Shown here one piece after another: positions 25,013 through 35,175 of a stretch of DNA of 64,000 nucleotides (position 1 is its first letter; every line of letters begins with the position of its first letter). Below the pieces are notes generated by a model, which made no database searches, was not told the origin of the DNA, and was given only the letters and a program-made list of their open reading frames with translations. Source of the stretch: Thermoflexus sp. (GTDB lineage Bacteria; Chloroflexota; Anaerolineae; B4-G1; SLSP01); assembly GCA_020722365.1 (NCBI GenBank), contig DYKY01000001.1:15357-79356 (forward strand), read 5' to 3'. The position numbers and the translations under genes were made by a program.

Positions 25013-26527
25013 ATGAAAACGCTAGTCGAATGTGTCCCCAACTTTAGCGAGGGCCGGCGCGCCGACGTGATTGCGGCGATCGTGGAGGCAATGCGAGCCG
25101 TGCCTGACGCGCGCGTGCTGGACGTCGAATCCGACGCGGACCACAACCGCTCGGTGGTGACACTGGTGGGGCCGCCGGGCGCCGTGCAGGAAGCCGCGTT
25201 CCAGGGGATCAAGACCGCAGCGGCGTTGATCGACCTGGACGTGCATCGCGGCGAACATCCCCGGCTGGGCGCGACGGACGTGGTGCCGTTCGTGCCGGTC
25301 AGCGGCGTGACGATGGCGGATTGTGTGGCGCTCGCCCGTGACCTGGGCCGCCGCGTGGGCGAGGAATTGGGCATCCCGGTGTATTTGTACGAGCAGGCAG
25401 CGCTGCGCCCGGAGCGCGTCAATCTCGAAGACGTGCGGCGCGGCGAATATGAGGCGCTCAAGGCCGAGATCGGCAAGAACCCCGCCCGCGACCCGGATTT
25501 CGGACCGGCGGCGGTGGGCAAGGCCGGGGCGACGATCATCGGCGCGCGGCCTTTCCTGGTGGCGTTCAACACTTACCTCAACACAGACAATGTCAGCATC
25601 GCGCAGAAGATCGCGCGGGCGTTGCGCCACTCCAACGGCGGCTACCGCTACGTCAAAGCGATGGGACTGCTCGTCGCGGGGCAGGCGCAGGTCTCGATGA
25701 ACCTGACCAACTTCACGCAGACGCCGATCCACCGCGTGGTGGAAACGATCCGCAGCGAGGCGGCGCGCTACGGCGTCGCGGTCACGCACACGGAGCTGGT
25801 GGGGCTGATTCCGCAGCAGGCGCTCGTCGACGCGGCGCAGTGGCACTTGCAGCTCGACCTCTTTGAGCCGGGACAAATCCTGGAGAACAAACTCGCGGCG
25901 CTTGACGAAGGCGCGCCGGTCGGCTTTTTGGACGCGGTGGCGGCGAACTCTGCCGCGCCCGGCGGCGGCGCAGTCGCGGCGCTGGCAGGCGCATTGGCGG
26001 CGGCGCTCGTGGCGATGGTCGGGCGGCTGACGGTGGGCAAACGCCGTTACGCCGACGTGCAAGACGAAGCCGCCGAGGCCGTGACGCGGGCGGAGAAACT
26101 CCGTGCCGTGCTCACCGCCGCTATGGACGAGGACAGCGCCGCCTTCGACGCAGTCATGGCAGCTTACAAACTGCCCAAGGTCACCGAGAAAGAACAACGC
26201 GCCCGCGATGCGGCAATCCAGACCGCGACGGCCCACGCCACCGAAGTTCCGCTGGCGACGGCGCGGGCGGCGCTTGAGGCGCTGGAACTCGCGCTGCTCG
26301 TCGCCGGCAAGGGCAACGTCAACGCGGCTTCCGATGCCGCCACCGCCGCGTGGATGGCGATGGCGAGTATCCAAAGCGCGGCGCTCAACGTGCGGGTCAA
26401 CGCCGCCAGCCTCCAGGATGCAGTCCAGAAAGACACCTGGCTCACCGAACTGAACGCCATTGACGCGCGCGCGCAAACGCTGCTCAAAGAGGTACAGACG
26501 GTCGCGGCGCAACGCGCGGGAATATAA
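25013..26527 (+). CDS. ftcD: Bifunctional glutamate formimidoyltransferase / formiminotetrahydrofolate cyclodeaminase (FTCD-like).
   Basis: N-terminus MKTLVECVPNFSEGRR (formiminotransferase) and a C-terminal cyclodeaminase domain with SAAPGGGAVAALAGALAAAL. Confidence 0.8.
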   Translation: MKTLVECVPNFSEGRRADVIAAIVEAMRAVPDARVLDVESDADHNRSVVTLVGPPGAVQEAAFQGIKTAAALIDLDVHRGEHPRLGATDVVPFVPVSGVTMADCVALARDLGRRVGEELGIPVYLYEQAALRPERVNLEDVRRGEYEALKAEIGKNPARDPDFGPAAVGKAGATIIGARPFLVAFNTYLNTDNVSIAQKIARALRHSNGGYRYVKAMGLLVAGQAQVSMNLTNFTQTPIHRVVETIRSEAARYGVAVTHTELVGLIPQQALVDAAQWHLQLDLFEPGQILENKLAALDEGAPVGFLDAVAANSAAPGGGAVAALAGALAAALVAMVGRLTVGKRRYADVQDEAAEAVTRAEKLRAVLTAAMDEDSAAFDAVMAAYKLPKVTEKEQRARDAAIQTATAHATEVPLATARAALEALELALLVAGKGNVNAASDAATAAWMAMASIQSAALNVRVNAASLQDAVQKDTWLTELNAIDARAQTLLKEVQTVAAQRAGI

Positions 26528-26589
26528 TAGCGGCAAATCTTGGGACGCTGATTTGCGCAGATACACGCAGATCATCCCAAAAACAACAC

Positions 26590-26622
26590 AAAGCCCCACT
26601 GGGATCAGTGGGGCTTTTGTAT
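26590..26622. terminator. Bidirectional intrinsic terminator between convergent ftcD and manA.
   Basis: AAAGCCCCACTGGGatcaGTGGGGCTTTTGTATT. Confidence 0.75.
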
Positions 26623-26657
26623 TGAATCTTACGCTTCCAGATGCATATCCAGCCACC

Positions 26658-27923
26658 TCAATCAAAAATCGGGACTTCGACCCTAAACAGTTCGACCGAT
26701 GCTTCCGTGCTCAACTGGAATTCACGCAGACAAGCAGGAATCAGGATAGATTGACCTTGCGGCAAAATAATCCTGCCATCTTCGGAACTAGTGTTCCAAC
26801 CCACAACAACTTTGCCTTTAGTCACCAAAAACAACTTGAGCTTATTTTCAGTCGTCTCTTGTCGCGTCGTTGACGAACTGAGTGTTAGTCTACTGACACG
26901 AAACTCAGAGACAGGCGTTTGATATATTTTTTCTTCTACATCCGGATCATTTCCCAAGACCGAAAGGGAAGCAGGAGTATAATCGATGACGTTGATCAGA
27001 TTTTCAGGATCCGTAAATTTATCCGTCAAACCAACACGCACAACATTGTCAGAGTTAGCCATACATTCAACAATATTGCCTTTTATGTACGCATGCGGAG
27101 TCCCTGCATCGGTGAAGAGTCCTTGCCCCTCCGTAAGGTGAACCAAATTCAACAAGAACATCGCGAAGAGTCCCACATCCGGCCCGGTATACTTTGCCCG
27201 AAGACTTAGAAAGAGAATCTCAATCTCTTCCAAGGAAGAAGATTTGCTCAGCCGTTCAGCTAACTGCTCAATAGCACGCACTAATTCTTTCTGGTAGTCA
27301 ATGGAATTCTTGATCAGCGTCGAGAACAAAGTCTGGATGAGTGTCTGCTGCTTTCGGGAGCCTAAAGGCGCCGGACTAAGCACGCTGGCGCACACGCTTT
27401 TTCCGATAAAATTAGCGATCTCCGGGTAACGGCTTAGGGTTTCTTGAATATCAGCAAAGGGCTTGATCCCCATCAAGGCCGTTAACGAATCAAGTGCGAT
27501 GGCTAGCTCGGGTTTGTGATTCGCATCGGGATAGTGTATAGGATCATGCAGATGCAGAGCGTTTGCCTGTGCCTTGTTGGGATGCACTTGTATGGATAAG
27601 GATTCACCCGCAGATAGTACCTTAAATAAATAGGGTAGTTTATTTGAAAACCTGTTCGCGATCTTGCTTCCCAGAATTTGTACCGGGTATGCATTGATCC
27701 ATTGATCCAAAGGGATTCCCATTTCCCCAACCACGATGTTGGATGGGGCTTTGGGATGAGCGCCTATCCACAATTCAGCATACGGTAATTCGGGTTCCGG
27801 TTGAAAACCTAGTAGATTCGGGATAAAGGCCTGGTCCCCACGGGTACCCCAGGCATAGTGTTGAATCCTGTTTTTCAATAAGTATGGGCGCGCTTCAACA
27901 TAGGGGAGCGTATCGAGAATCAT
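26658..27923 (-). CDS. manA: Mannose-6-phosphate isomerase, class I.
   Basis: YAELWIGAHP and LPYLFKVLSAGESLSIQVHP motifs. GC content is markedly lower (~43-45%) than flanking DNA. Confidence 0.8.
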   Translation of the reverse strand: MILDTLPYVEARPYLLKNRIQHYAWGTRGDQAFIPNLLGFQPEPELPYAELWIGAHPKAPSNIVVGEMGIPLDQWINAYPVQILGSKIANRFSNKLPYLFKVLSAGESLSIQVHPNKAQANALHLHDPIHYPDANHKPELAIALDSLTALMGIKPFADIQETLSRYPEIANFIGKSVCASVLSPAPLGSRKQQTLIQTLFSTLIKNSIDYQKELVRAIEQLAERLSKSSSLEEIEILFLSLRAKYTGPDVGLFAMFLLNLVHLTEGQGLFTDAGTPHAYIKGNIVECMANSDNVVRVGLTDKFTDPENLINVIDYTPASLSVLGNDPDVEEKIYQTPVSEFRVSRLTLSSSTTRQETTENKLKLFLVTKGKVVVGWNTSSEDGRIILPQGQSILIPACLREFQLSTEASVELFRVEVPIFD

Positions 27924-27967
27924 GATATTGCCTCTGATTGATGATCCGGTTAATGCTTTCTTCGCGG

Positions 27968-28780
27968 TTATGTTTCCAAAGCGTAAATATCGCGCCGGGA
28001 CCAACCGGACAACGCGGCGACTTCGCGCGCGGCCTGCGACCGCGAAAGCCCTGCCGCGATGCGATCTGCCAGGGCCATGCACACTTCCTCAGTCCCCCAC
28101 CGGGCCGCATCCTCCGGCGCGCCGGCGATCACAAGCGTGTACTCGCCACGCGGCGGGATTTCTGCAACGTGGACCAACGCGCCCGCCACGTCGCCGCGCC
28201 AGACCTCTTCGTAGTGCTTGGTCAACTCGCGGCACAAGGCGATGGTGCGATTGCCCAAGACAGCATACAGCGCCTCGAGCGTCGCGCGCAGGCGATGCGG
28301 GGCTTCGTAACACACCAGCGTTGCCCGGAGCGCCGCCACTTCCGCGAGGCGCGCCTCCCGCTCGGACTTCTTGCGGGGTAGAAATCCCAGAAAGCAGAAG
28401 CTATCCGTGGGCAGACCCGACACGACCAGCGCCGCCGTGTGCGCCGATGGACCGGGGACCGGAACGACCGGAATCCCCTGCGCGATGGCGGCCTGGATCA
28501 ACGGGTAGCCCGGATCAGAGATGCCGGGCATACCAGCTTCCGAGATCAACGCCACATCGCTGACGGTCAACGTCTCCAGAATCGCGTCGAGCTTGTAACG
28601 TTCATTTCCCTCAAAAAAGGACGTGACCGGCGTACGGATCGCGTGGCGGGCGAGCAGAATACGCGCCTTACGCGTGTCTTCCGCCGCGATGAGCTGCACA
28701 TCCTGGAGAATGCGCACTGCGCGCAAGGTGATGTCCTCCAGATTGCCAATAGGCGTGCCAACGATGTACAGCGTCCCCAT
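27968..28780 (-). CDS. rsmI: 16S rRNA (cytidine1402-2'-O)-methyltransferase.
   Basis: MGTLYIVGTPIGNLEDITLRA...AEDTR tetrapyrrole-methylase-fold RsmI signature. Confidence 0.85.
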   Translation of the reverse strand: MGTLYIVGTPIGNLEDITLRAVRILQDVQLIAAEDTRKARILLARHAIRTPVTSFFEGNERYKLDAILETLTVSDVALISEAGMPGISDPGYPLIQAAIAQGIPVVPVPGPSAHTAALVVSGLPTDSFCFLGFLPRKKSEREARLAEVAALRATLVCYEAPHRLRATLEALYAVLGNRTIALCRELTKHYEEVWRGDVAGALVHVAEIPPRGEYTLVIAGAPEDAARWGTEEVCMALADRIAAGLSRSQAAREVAALSGWSRRDIYALET

Positions 28781-28787
28781 GCACGAC

Positions 28788-29483
28788 CTAATGATTCTTG
28801 GTAAAAGTGATCACCGCCAGCGATTGCGAGCAAAGACCAGAGAAATCCAGGGCAATCTCTTGTGAAACCGGCAGATGATTCGGGTTGTTCTTGTCATGAA
28901 TCTGCACGCGGAACACGCCTCTGAGTTCCTGCGGATTGTTGAGGAGGAACTGCTCCCATCCCGAATCGCCGTAGTTTTGTTTGTCGCCGGAGTTGACAAC
29001 CACGTCGATGCCGCCGCCCCAGACATGAATGGGATAGCCGCGCAGGTGATTACCGTCGATATCGACGACGGTGCCAGCGATCCCCAACCAGTTGCAGCCG
29101 TAGAGCGGCGTCTCGTACACAATCTCATAGGTGAAGGGCCAGGGTGAACGGGTAACGCGCGGCGTCGGCGTCGGCGTGTTCGTCGGCGTGGCGGACGGTG
29201 TGATGGGGGTCGGTGTGCGGGTCGGCGTCGGTGTAAAAGTTGCCGGCGGCGTTGGTGTGATGGTGGGCGTGGGGGTCGGCGTCCACGTTGCTATCGGCAG
29301 GCTCTCCGGCGTCGGGGACGGCGTGTTGGTGGCGACGACGGCAATCTGCCGCGGGGGCGGCGGGAAGGGGTTGAAAGGCAGGTAGGGATTGATCGCGATC
29401 ATGATATAGCAAAGGACCGTGATGAGGGTCAAAGCCAGCATCACCAGACTTAGAACATTGAACAACCGATCTCTGCTTCCCAT
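28788..29483 (-). CDS. Membrane-anchored protein with a Pro/Thr-rich linker and a C-terminal globular domain.
   Basis: N-terminal TM segment, then TPTPTPTITPTPPATFTPTPTRTPTPI linker. 10-nt gap to the upstream PPIase gene. Confidence 0.5.
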   Translation of the reverse strand: MGSRDRLFNVLSLVMLALTLITVLCYIMIAINPYLPFNPFPPPPRQIAVVATNTPSPTPESLPIATWTPTPTPTITPTPPATFTPTPTRTPTPITPSATPTNTPTPTPRVTRSPWPFTYEIVYETPLYGCNWLGIAGTVVDIDGNHLRGYPIHVWGGGIDVVVNSGDKQNYGDSGWEQFLLNNPQELRGVFRVQIHDKNNPNHLPVSQEIALDFSGLCSQSLAVITFTKNH

Positions 29484-29492
29484 GGTTCTCTC

Positions 29493-30446
29493 CTACGGTG
29501 TGGATGAAACAAAACGTTCGATGGTCGCTGCTGCGCGCAGTCCTTCCAGCCACTCCCGGGAGGCTTTTTCGCGCAGCAGGCGCATATGCTCAGGGTCGAT
29601 TTCCATATCAGGGACTCTTTCAACAAGCTGGACGATGTGGTACCCCATACTGCTCTGGATTACATCACTGAACTGCCCTGGCTGGAGGGCGAAAGCCGCC
29701 GCCTCCACTTCCGGGGCAATCAGGATCCCCTTCGGGAAGAGGCCAAGATCGCCGCCGGTATCGCGGGTACTGGTATCTTGCGAATACGTACGCGCCAGGC
29801 TCACAAAGTCGTCGCCGGCCTGGAGTTGGCTAAGGATTTGAAGCGCCTCCTCCTCGGTGTTGACAAGGATGTGTCGCGCGTGGATGTGCTCGCCGTGCGT
29901 GGGCACAGCCTCGACGGCGCGGTTGGCCATCTGCGTGGCGATCATATCGCGGCGCAGCCGGACGCGGAATTCCTCCGATGACATGCCCTGATCGGTGAGC
30001 CACTGTTGGAACGCCTCCTCCCCGGTTTCCTCACGGAGCGTCTGGATGGTGCTGTCGAGTTCTTCATCGGTGATGGTGACGCCCGCAGCCTGGGCAGCCT
30101 GCTCAATCAGTACCTGGTTGATCATCATTTCCAATACCAGCGTGCGTCCCTGCTCCAACGCATCCTGGCCTTCAGCGGTGGAGGTGTCCTGGCCCGCCGC
30201 CGCCATCGATTCCACGTAGAGTGCTACCTCGCGCTCGTAATCGGCGAGGAGAATGGGCTGTCCGTTGACCAAAGCCGCCTGTGGTTCCGGCGTCGGCGAA
30301 GGCGTCATTGTTGGGGTGACAGGAGTAGGCGTGTTCGGCGCCGGTGCGTCGACAGTCTGTGGGGTCAGGGTTAGGTCGGTACACGCGGTCAAGATAAGCG
30401 TCCCCAACAACGCCGCCCACAACCACACGCGAATTTGTTTCATCGG
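29493..30446 (-). CDS. Parvulin-type peptidyl-prolyl cis-trans isomerase lipoprotein (PrsA/SurA-like).
   Basis: Lipoprotein signal LLGTLILTAC and parvulin core HILV...GGDLGLF. Confidence 0.7.
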   Translation of the reverse strand, partial: PMKQIRVWLWAALLGTLILTACTDLTLTPQTVDAPAPNTPTPVTPTMTPSPTPEPQAALVNGQPILLADYEREVALYVESMAAAGQDTSTAEGQDALEQGRTLVLEMMINQVLIEQAAQAAGVTITDEELDSTIQTLREETGEEAFQQWLTDQGMSSEEFRVRLRRDMIATQMANRAVEAVPTHGEHIHARHILVNTEEEALQILSQLQAGDDFVSLARTYSQDTSTRDTGGDLGLFPKGILIAPEVEAAAFALQPGQFSDVIQSSMGYHIVQLVERVPDMEIDPEHMRLLREKASREWLEGLRAAATIERFVSSTP

Positions 30447-30600
30447 GTTTCCTCCTCGAATGTAAGTCGAAAGTTCAAAGTCGAACGTCCAAAGTCTGCA
30501 AGTCAAGGCGCTACTTTTGACGGCCTGCTTTGATTCTTTCTCATTATAGACTGAGGCGCAGTTAACGCAATCTACGCGCTGAAGCAAACTTCGCTCAAAA

Positions 30601-30609
30601 TGGTATAAT
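30601..30609 (+). promoter_or_regulatory. Extended -10 TGGTATAAT upstream of the GNAT gene.
   Basis: Identical 9-mer to the one at 568-576. Confidence 0.35.
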
Positions 30610-30668
30610 TTCACCTAACCTGGATAGACCGAAACCCAAAAGAGCCTTCGACAACAGGAACAGTAGAG

Positions 30669-31634
30669 ATGACAGTAGTTAACGTGAGAGCGCACAGCGG
30701 CGTCAGGCCGGTGGATCCACAACGGGACGCGCTGGCGATTGTCGATCTGATTGCGCTCGGCTTTGAGAACGAGCTAGACCCACAAGGGCTGAAGATGCTA
30801 ACGCAGATGCGCCAGGCTGCACAGCGTCGTGCGTTGTCTTCAATGGGACTGAGCACAGACCTGGAACCAACCGGCTTTGTGTGGGTCGAAGAAGGGCGCA
30901 TTGTCGGCAATCTATCGCTGCGCTACGCGCTCCCAAGCCGCAGCCGAGGCCAGATGATCGGCAACGTGGTCGTTCACCCAGAGTACCGGGGGATGGGCAT
31001 CGGGCGCGCGATGGTCGAAGCGGCTGTTACCGCGGCACAGCAACAAGGCGCGCGGTGGATCGGCCTGGAGGTGCGGGGGGACAACCCCGTGGCATGTGGG
31101 TTGTATGCGCGCATAGGCTTCGAGGCGGTGGGACGGCAACTGCACCTCCTCCGGCCGGCGAACGTCACCTGGCCCAACGGGATGGACACAGCTTTAGTAT
31201 GGCGGGCCAGCAAGCCAAAGGATCGTCTCCTGTGGATGCGATTGGCCGACGAAATCTACAGTCGACGCCAGAAGTGGGTGCTCGAAATCCGGCCTAACGA
31301 ATACACCTACGGTGGCTTCGAACGCAAGCTCGATCTGTGGTTTTCCGGCGAGCGCGAAGAGGCCTGGCTGCACGGCGAAACCGAGGCGCGGCTGGCCTTA
31401 CGCGTCAAAACCGACAGGCGTAGCCGGTTTCACGTTTGGGATATGCTCGTTCACTCACAAATGGGGGAAACTGGCGCGCGAGCGATTGTCGCGCAAGCGC
31501 TACACACAACGCGGCAGTTTGCGCCATGGCCGGTGATCGCACTTATCGCCGATCAGGAAGTGCTGGCGCAAGCTCTGTACGATGTGGGCTTCAAATTGCA
31601 CCGTTCCCTGGTACAGATGGTGTTGGAACTATAA
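30669..31634 (+). CDS. GNAT-family N-acetyltransferase with an extra C-terminal domain.
   Basis: Acetyl-CoA-binding motif VVVHPEYRGMGIGRAMVEAAV. Confidence 0.7.
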   Translation: MTVVNVRAHSGVRPVDPQRDALAIVDLIALGFENELDPQGLKMLTQMRQAAQRRALSSMGLSTDLEPTGFVWVEEGRIVGNLSLRYALPSRSRGQMIGNVVVHPEYRGMGIGRAMVEAAVTAAQQQGARWIGLEVRGDNPVACGLYARIGFEAVGRQLHLLRPANVTWPNGMDTALVWRASKPKDRLLWMRLADEIYSRRQKWVLEIRPNEYTYGGFERKLDLWFSGEREEAWLHGETEARLALRVKTDRRSRFHVWDMLVHSQMGETGARAIVAQALHTTRQFAPWPVIALIADQEVLAQALYDVGFKLHRSLVQMVLEL

Positions 31635-32362
31635 AGCGCGCTGGCGCAAGGCTTCGTAGAGAGCCAATGAGCCGGCGACGGCGGCGTTGAGCGAATTGAT
31701 CTGTCCGCGCATAGGGATGGATACCAACCAATCGCAACGCTCGCGAACCAGTCGCCGCAGTCCCGCGCCCTCGCTACCCACGACGATGGCCAGCGGCAAC
31801 GTCATGTTCGTCTCCACGTAGGATCGCGCGCCGGGTGCATCTTCCAATCCGGCAATCCACACATCGAGCGCCTTGAGCCGCTCGATTTCTTTCGCCAGGT
31901 TGGTTACTTGCGCCACAAGGAGATGTTCCACGGCCCCCGACGAGGTATTGACCGTAGCGGGGGTGACGCCGGGCGCGCGGCGCTCCTGAATCATAACACC
32001 GTGCACACCCACAGCCTCGGCGGTGCGCAACAAACTTCCCAGGTTGTGAATATCCTGAATCAAATCGAGGAGCAAGAGCAACGGAGGTTCCTGTCGTGCG
32101 CGGGCCAGGTCCAATATGGCGTGGACGTCGGCATAGGGATAAGCGGAGGTTTCCAACGCCACGCCCTGGTGTTCCTCGTGGCCAAGGGTGCGCTCGAGAA
32201 GCTGGCGGGAACATTTCTCGATAGGGATGCGCCGTTGCTGCGCTGCGGCCGTAATCGCGTCGATGATGGGCGCGCGGGCGGCGCCCTCAAGCAAGAGCAA
32301 GCGCGTGGGCTGCCGGCGTCCGGCGCGCAGCGATTCGTGAACCGCCTGCCGCCCGAAGAGCC
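31629..32362 (-). CDS. rlmB: 23S rRNA (guanosine-2'-O)-methyltransferase RlmB (SpoU/TrmH family).
   Basis: SPOUT C-terminal motifs LVVGSEGAGL and INSLNAAVAGSLALYE. Probable GTG start (MREWLFGRQAVHESL) just downstream of the cysS stop. The ORF track extends upstream out of frame. Confidence 0.7.
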
Positions 32363-32385
32363 ACTCGCGCACGGGCGTTACCTCG

Positions 32386-33834
32386 TCAGACCAGCCGCCA
32401 TGTCGTCTCGTCGGGGCCGTCTTCGATGAGAATCCCCAGTTCCGCCAGACGGCTGCGGATAGCATCCGCCCGGCCCCACTCCCGCGCCTCACGGGCCTGC
32501 TGCCGCAGTTCCAGCAAGAACGCCACCAAACCTGCGACGGTCGCCCCGCCTTCGCGCTCTTCCAGGTCGTCGGGCACAATGCCAAGAACCTTGCCCCCCA
32601 AATCGCGGAAGATGCGGTCCATCGCCGCCAATGTGCCCATAGCGTGATGCGGATTCTCGTCCAGATGACGGTTGACTTCCTTGACAAACTCGAACAAGGT
32701 CGCCAGCGCCTGTGGAGTGTTAAAATCGTCATCCATCGCCGCCTGGAAATCCTCACGGTAGTCATCCAGACCGCCAACCTGAGCTAAAACGGCCGTCCCC
32801 GCCGCCGAGGCAGCGTCTTTCATTGCATAGCGGAGCTTGCGCACGGTGTTGTGCAGACGGCCAATGCCACGTTGCGCCGCCTGGAGTGCATCACGGCTGA
32901 AATCGACCGGCCCCCGGTAGTGGCTACTGAGGATGAAATATCGGATCGCCTCGGCGGAGTACAGGCTAAGCGCATCCTTGATTGTGAGGAAGTTGCCCAG
33001 GCTTTTGCTCATCTTCACGCCGTTGACCGTCAGTGAACCGACGAGCAGCCAGTAATTAGCGAAAGGCACCGCATTGTGGGCTTCGGCCTGTGCGATTTCG
33101 CACTCGTTGTGAGGGAAGATGTTTTCCAGACCGCCGCCGTGGATATCGAAGGTTTCGCCCAGGTATTTGGTTGCCATCACCGAACACTCGATGTGCCAGC
33201 CGGGATAACCTTCGCCCCATGGACTGGGCCAGCGCATCAGATGTTCAGGATCAGCACGTTTCCAGAGTGCAAAGTCGGCAGGATGGCGCTTTTCCTCACG
33301 CACTTCGACACGTGCGCCAGCCTGCTGCTCGTCAACCTGACGTTGGGAGAGCTTGCCGTATTCCGGAAACTTTTCAACAGAGAAGTAAACGTTGCCGTCC
33401 ACCTCGTAAGCGTAACCACGGGTGAGCAGGTCCTCAACCCAGACGACGATCTCGGGGACGTGACACGTAGCGCGCGGAGCGATGTTGGGCCGGAGGACGC
33501 CCAACGCATCCATGTCATTGTTGAAGCTGGTGATGTAGGTCTCAACAAGTTCCATAGGCTCAACGCGGTCGCGGCGCGCGCCCCGGCTAATGCGATCCTC
33601 GCCGTTGCCCAGCAGGTGCCCCACATCGGTGAAATTGCGCACGTACCGGACGTTATAGCCGAGATAGCGCAGATAACGCACGATCGTGTCCATGGCAACG
33701 TATGTCTTGGCATGTCCGAGATGGGCGTGATCGTACACCGTCGGTCCGCAGGCATACAAGCTAACATGCTCTGGACGGAGTGGTTTGAAGCGCTGCACTT
33801 CACGGCTGAGGTAGTTGTAAACTCTGAGGGCCAT
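32386..33834 (-). CDS. cysS: Cysteine--tRNA ligase.
   Basis: HIGH motif HLGHAKTY and KMSKS motif KMSKSLGN. Confidence 0.9.
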   Translation of the reverse strand: MALRVYNYLSREVQRFKPLRPEHVSLYACGPTVYDHAHLGHAKTYVAMDTIVRYLRYLGYNVRYVRNFTDVGHLLGNGEDRISRGARRDRVEPMELVETYITSFNNDMDALGVLRPNIAPRATCHVPEIVVWVEDLLTRGYAYEVDGNVYFSVEKFPEYGKLSQRQVDEQQAGARVEVREEKRHPADFALWKRADPEHLMRWPSPWGEGYPGWHIECSVMATKYLGETFDIHGGGLENIFPHNECEIAQAEAHNAVPFANYWLLVGSLTVNGVKMSKSLGNFLTIKDALSLYSAEAIRYFILSSHYRGPVDFSRDALQAAQRGIGRLHNTVRKLRYAMKDAASAAGTAVLAQVGGLDDYREDFQAAMDDDFNTPQALATLFEFVKEVNRHLDENPHHAMGTLAAMDRIFRDLGGKVLGIVPDDLEEREGGATVAGLVAFLLELRQQAREAREWGRADAIRSRLAELGILIEDGPDETTWRLV

Positions 33835-33851
33835 AATCCGCAACTCCCCAG

Positions 33852-34940
33852 TTATTCACCGTTGCCGGGCCGGGCAAAAATCATCCTCCCGGCCGCCGTT
33901 TGCAGAATTTTGCTCACGGTCACGTCAATGGTTTGGCCGATAAAGCGCATACCCTCTTCGACCACAACCATAGTGCCATCGTCAAGATACCCCACCCCCT
34001 GATTCTGCTCTTTCCCGGCCTGGAGGACGTGAATCGCAAAACTCTCCCCCGGAAGCAGGACGGTCTTGACGGCATTCGCCAATTCGTTCACATTGAGCAC
34101 GGGGACGGCCTGAAGTTCAGCCACGCGGTTGAGATTGTAGTCATTAGTGAGAATGGAGCCGCCCATCTCTTTCGCCAGCGCGATGAGCTTATCGTCCACC
34201 TCGCGCACACCCGGGGCGTCGGCATCGGTGAGACGCACCGGCACAGGGGAGTCCTCCTGTAATCGTCGCAAGATTTCCAGCCCGCGTCGTCCACGATTGC
34301 GGCGCAATGTGTCGGCGGAGTCGGCCACGTGCTGCAATTCGTTCAACACAAACAGCGGTACAATCAATTCGCCCTGGATAAAACCGGTGCGACAAATATC
34401 GGCAATCCGCCCATCGATGATGACGCTGGTATCCAGCAACACCGCCGGTTTACATTGCGCTTCGGTTTCACTGACGGTGATAGCCGGGGGCTCGCCGTGA
34501 AAAATGCGTCCACGCAGGGCTTGTAACAGGTCGGGGCGCATCATTGCGATCGTCAAACCGATGTAGCCAAAGGCAGCCGCAACGATGAAAGGAAGAAACT
34601 GTCCCAGGGGCCGTGGCAGCAGTGATAGGGGGTAAGCTGCGATAGCGCCCAAAGCCAGGCCCAGGAACAAGCCCACCGTCGCCGAGAAGATGACATGCGC
34701 CGGGAGTTGTTGGATGACTCGACGCAGTCGAGTGAAAGGCTTCAGCGTCAGCCTTGGCATAAAGATGAAACCGAAAAGCGCCCCAATAACGCCGCCAGCG
34801 ATGGTGACGTAGAGGTGAATCGCTTGAGGAATTGAGGGAATTTGAACAATTTGAATGCCTAGTGCTGCTCCTGCCGAACCAAAAACAATGACACCGATGA
34901 TGCGGAGTATAAAGGTTATCTCCATAAATAATATCTCCAT
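33852..34940 (-). CDS. yacL: PIN/TRAM-domain membrane protein (YacL-like).
   Basis: N-terminal TM helices, central PIN (VLLDTSVIIDGRI) and a C-terminal TRAM-like beta domain. Sits immediately upstream of cysS, as in Bacillus. Confidence 0.65.
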   Translation of the reverse strand: MEILFMEITFILRIIGVIVFGSAGAALGIQIVQIPSIPQAIHLYVTIAGGVIGALFGFIFMPRLTLKPFTRLRRVIQQLPAHVIFSATVGLFLGLALGAIAAYPLSLLPRPLGQFLPFIVAAAFGYIGLTIAMMRPDLLQALRGRIFHGEPPAITVSETEAQCKPAVLLDTSVIIDGRIADICRTGFIQGELIVPLFVLNELQHVADSADTLRRNRGRRGLEILRRLQEDSPVPVRLTDADAPGVREVDDKLIALAKEMGGSILTNDYNLNRVAELQAVPVLNVNELANAVKTVLLPGESFAIHVLQAGKEQNQGVGYLDDGTMVVVEEGMRFIGQTIDVTVSKILQTAAGRMIFARPGNGE

Positions 34941-35175
34941 AAAGAGCAATAGTGGTAGCAATGAGATAGACATATAAATGCATTTTAAGTTGCTTACGGT
35001 CAATCTTAGCACGGTCATAAGAAAAGTCAAAACATTGACATTATCAAAATTTTCGCTATAGTCGAGGTTGAGATCGTTTGCAGGATAACCCATCCGAAAA
35101 CTCTCCATCGATTTGCCGGAAACGCCGGCAAGAAGAATTCTCGGATAGAGGCTTAATCTTTACAGGAGTGAGAAA

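Noticed and set aside
25022-26665. 547-aa antisense ORF across ftcD. Similar antisense ORFs lie opposite ftsK (16145-17047, 17020-17586), wbpA (57888-59192), the glycan genes (48770-49492, 50443-51288) and the R-M genes (22649-23362).
   Set aside because: No start/RBS context and Arg/His/Asp-rich composition. Each lies opposite a well-supported gene. High-GC mirror-frame artefacts.
31629-32777. Full 382-aa call for the rlmB ORF.
   Set aside because: The first ~138 codons overlap cysS in another frame and are Trp/Arg-rich nonsense. The SpoU domain starts at the GTG near 32362.
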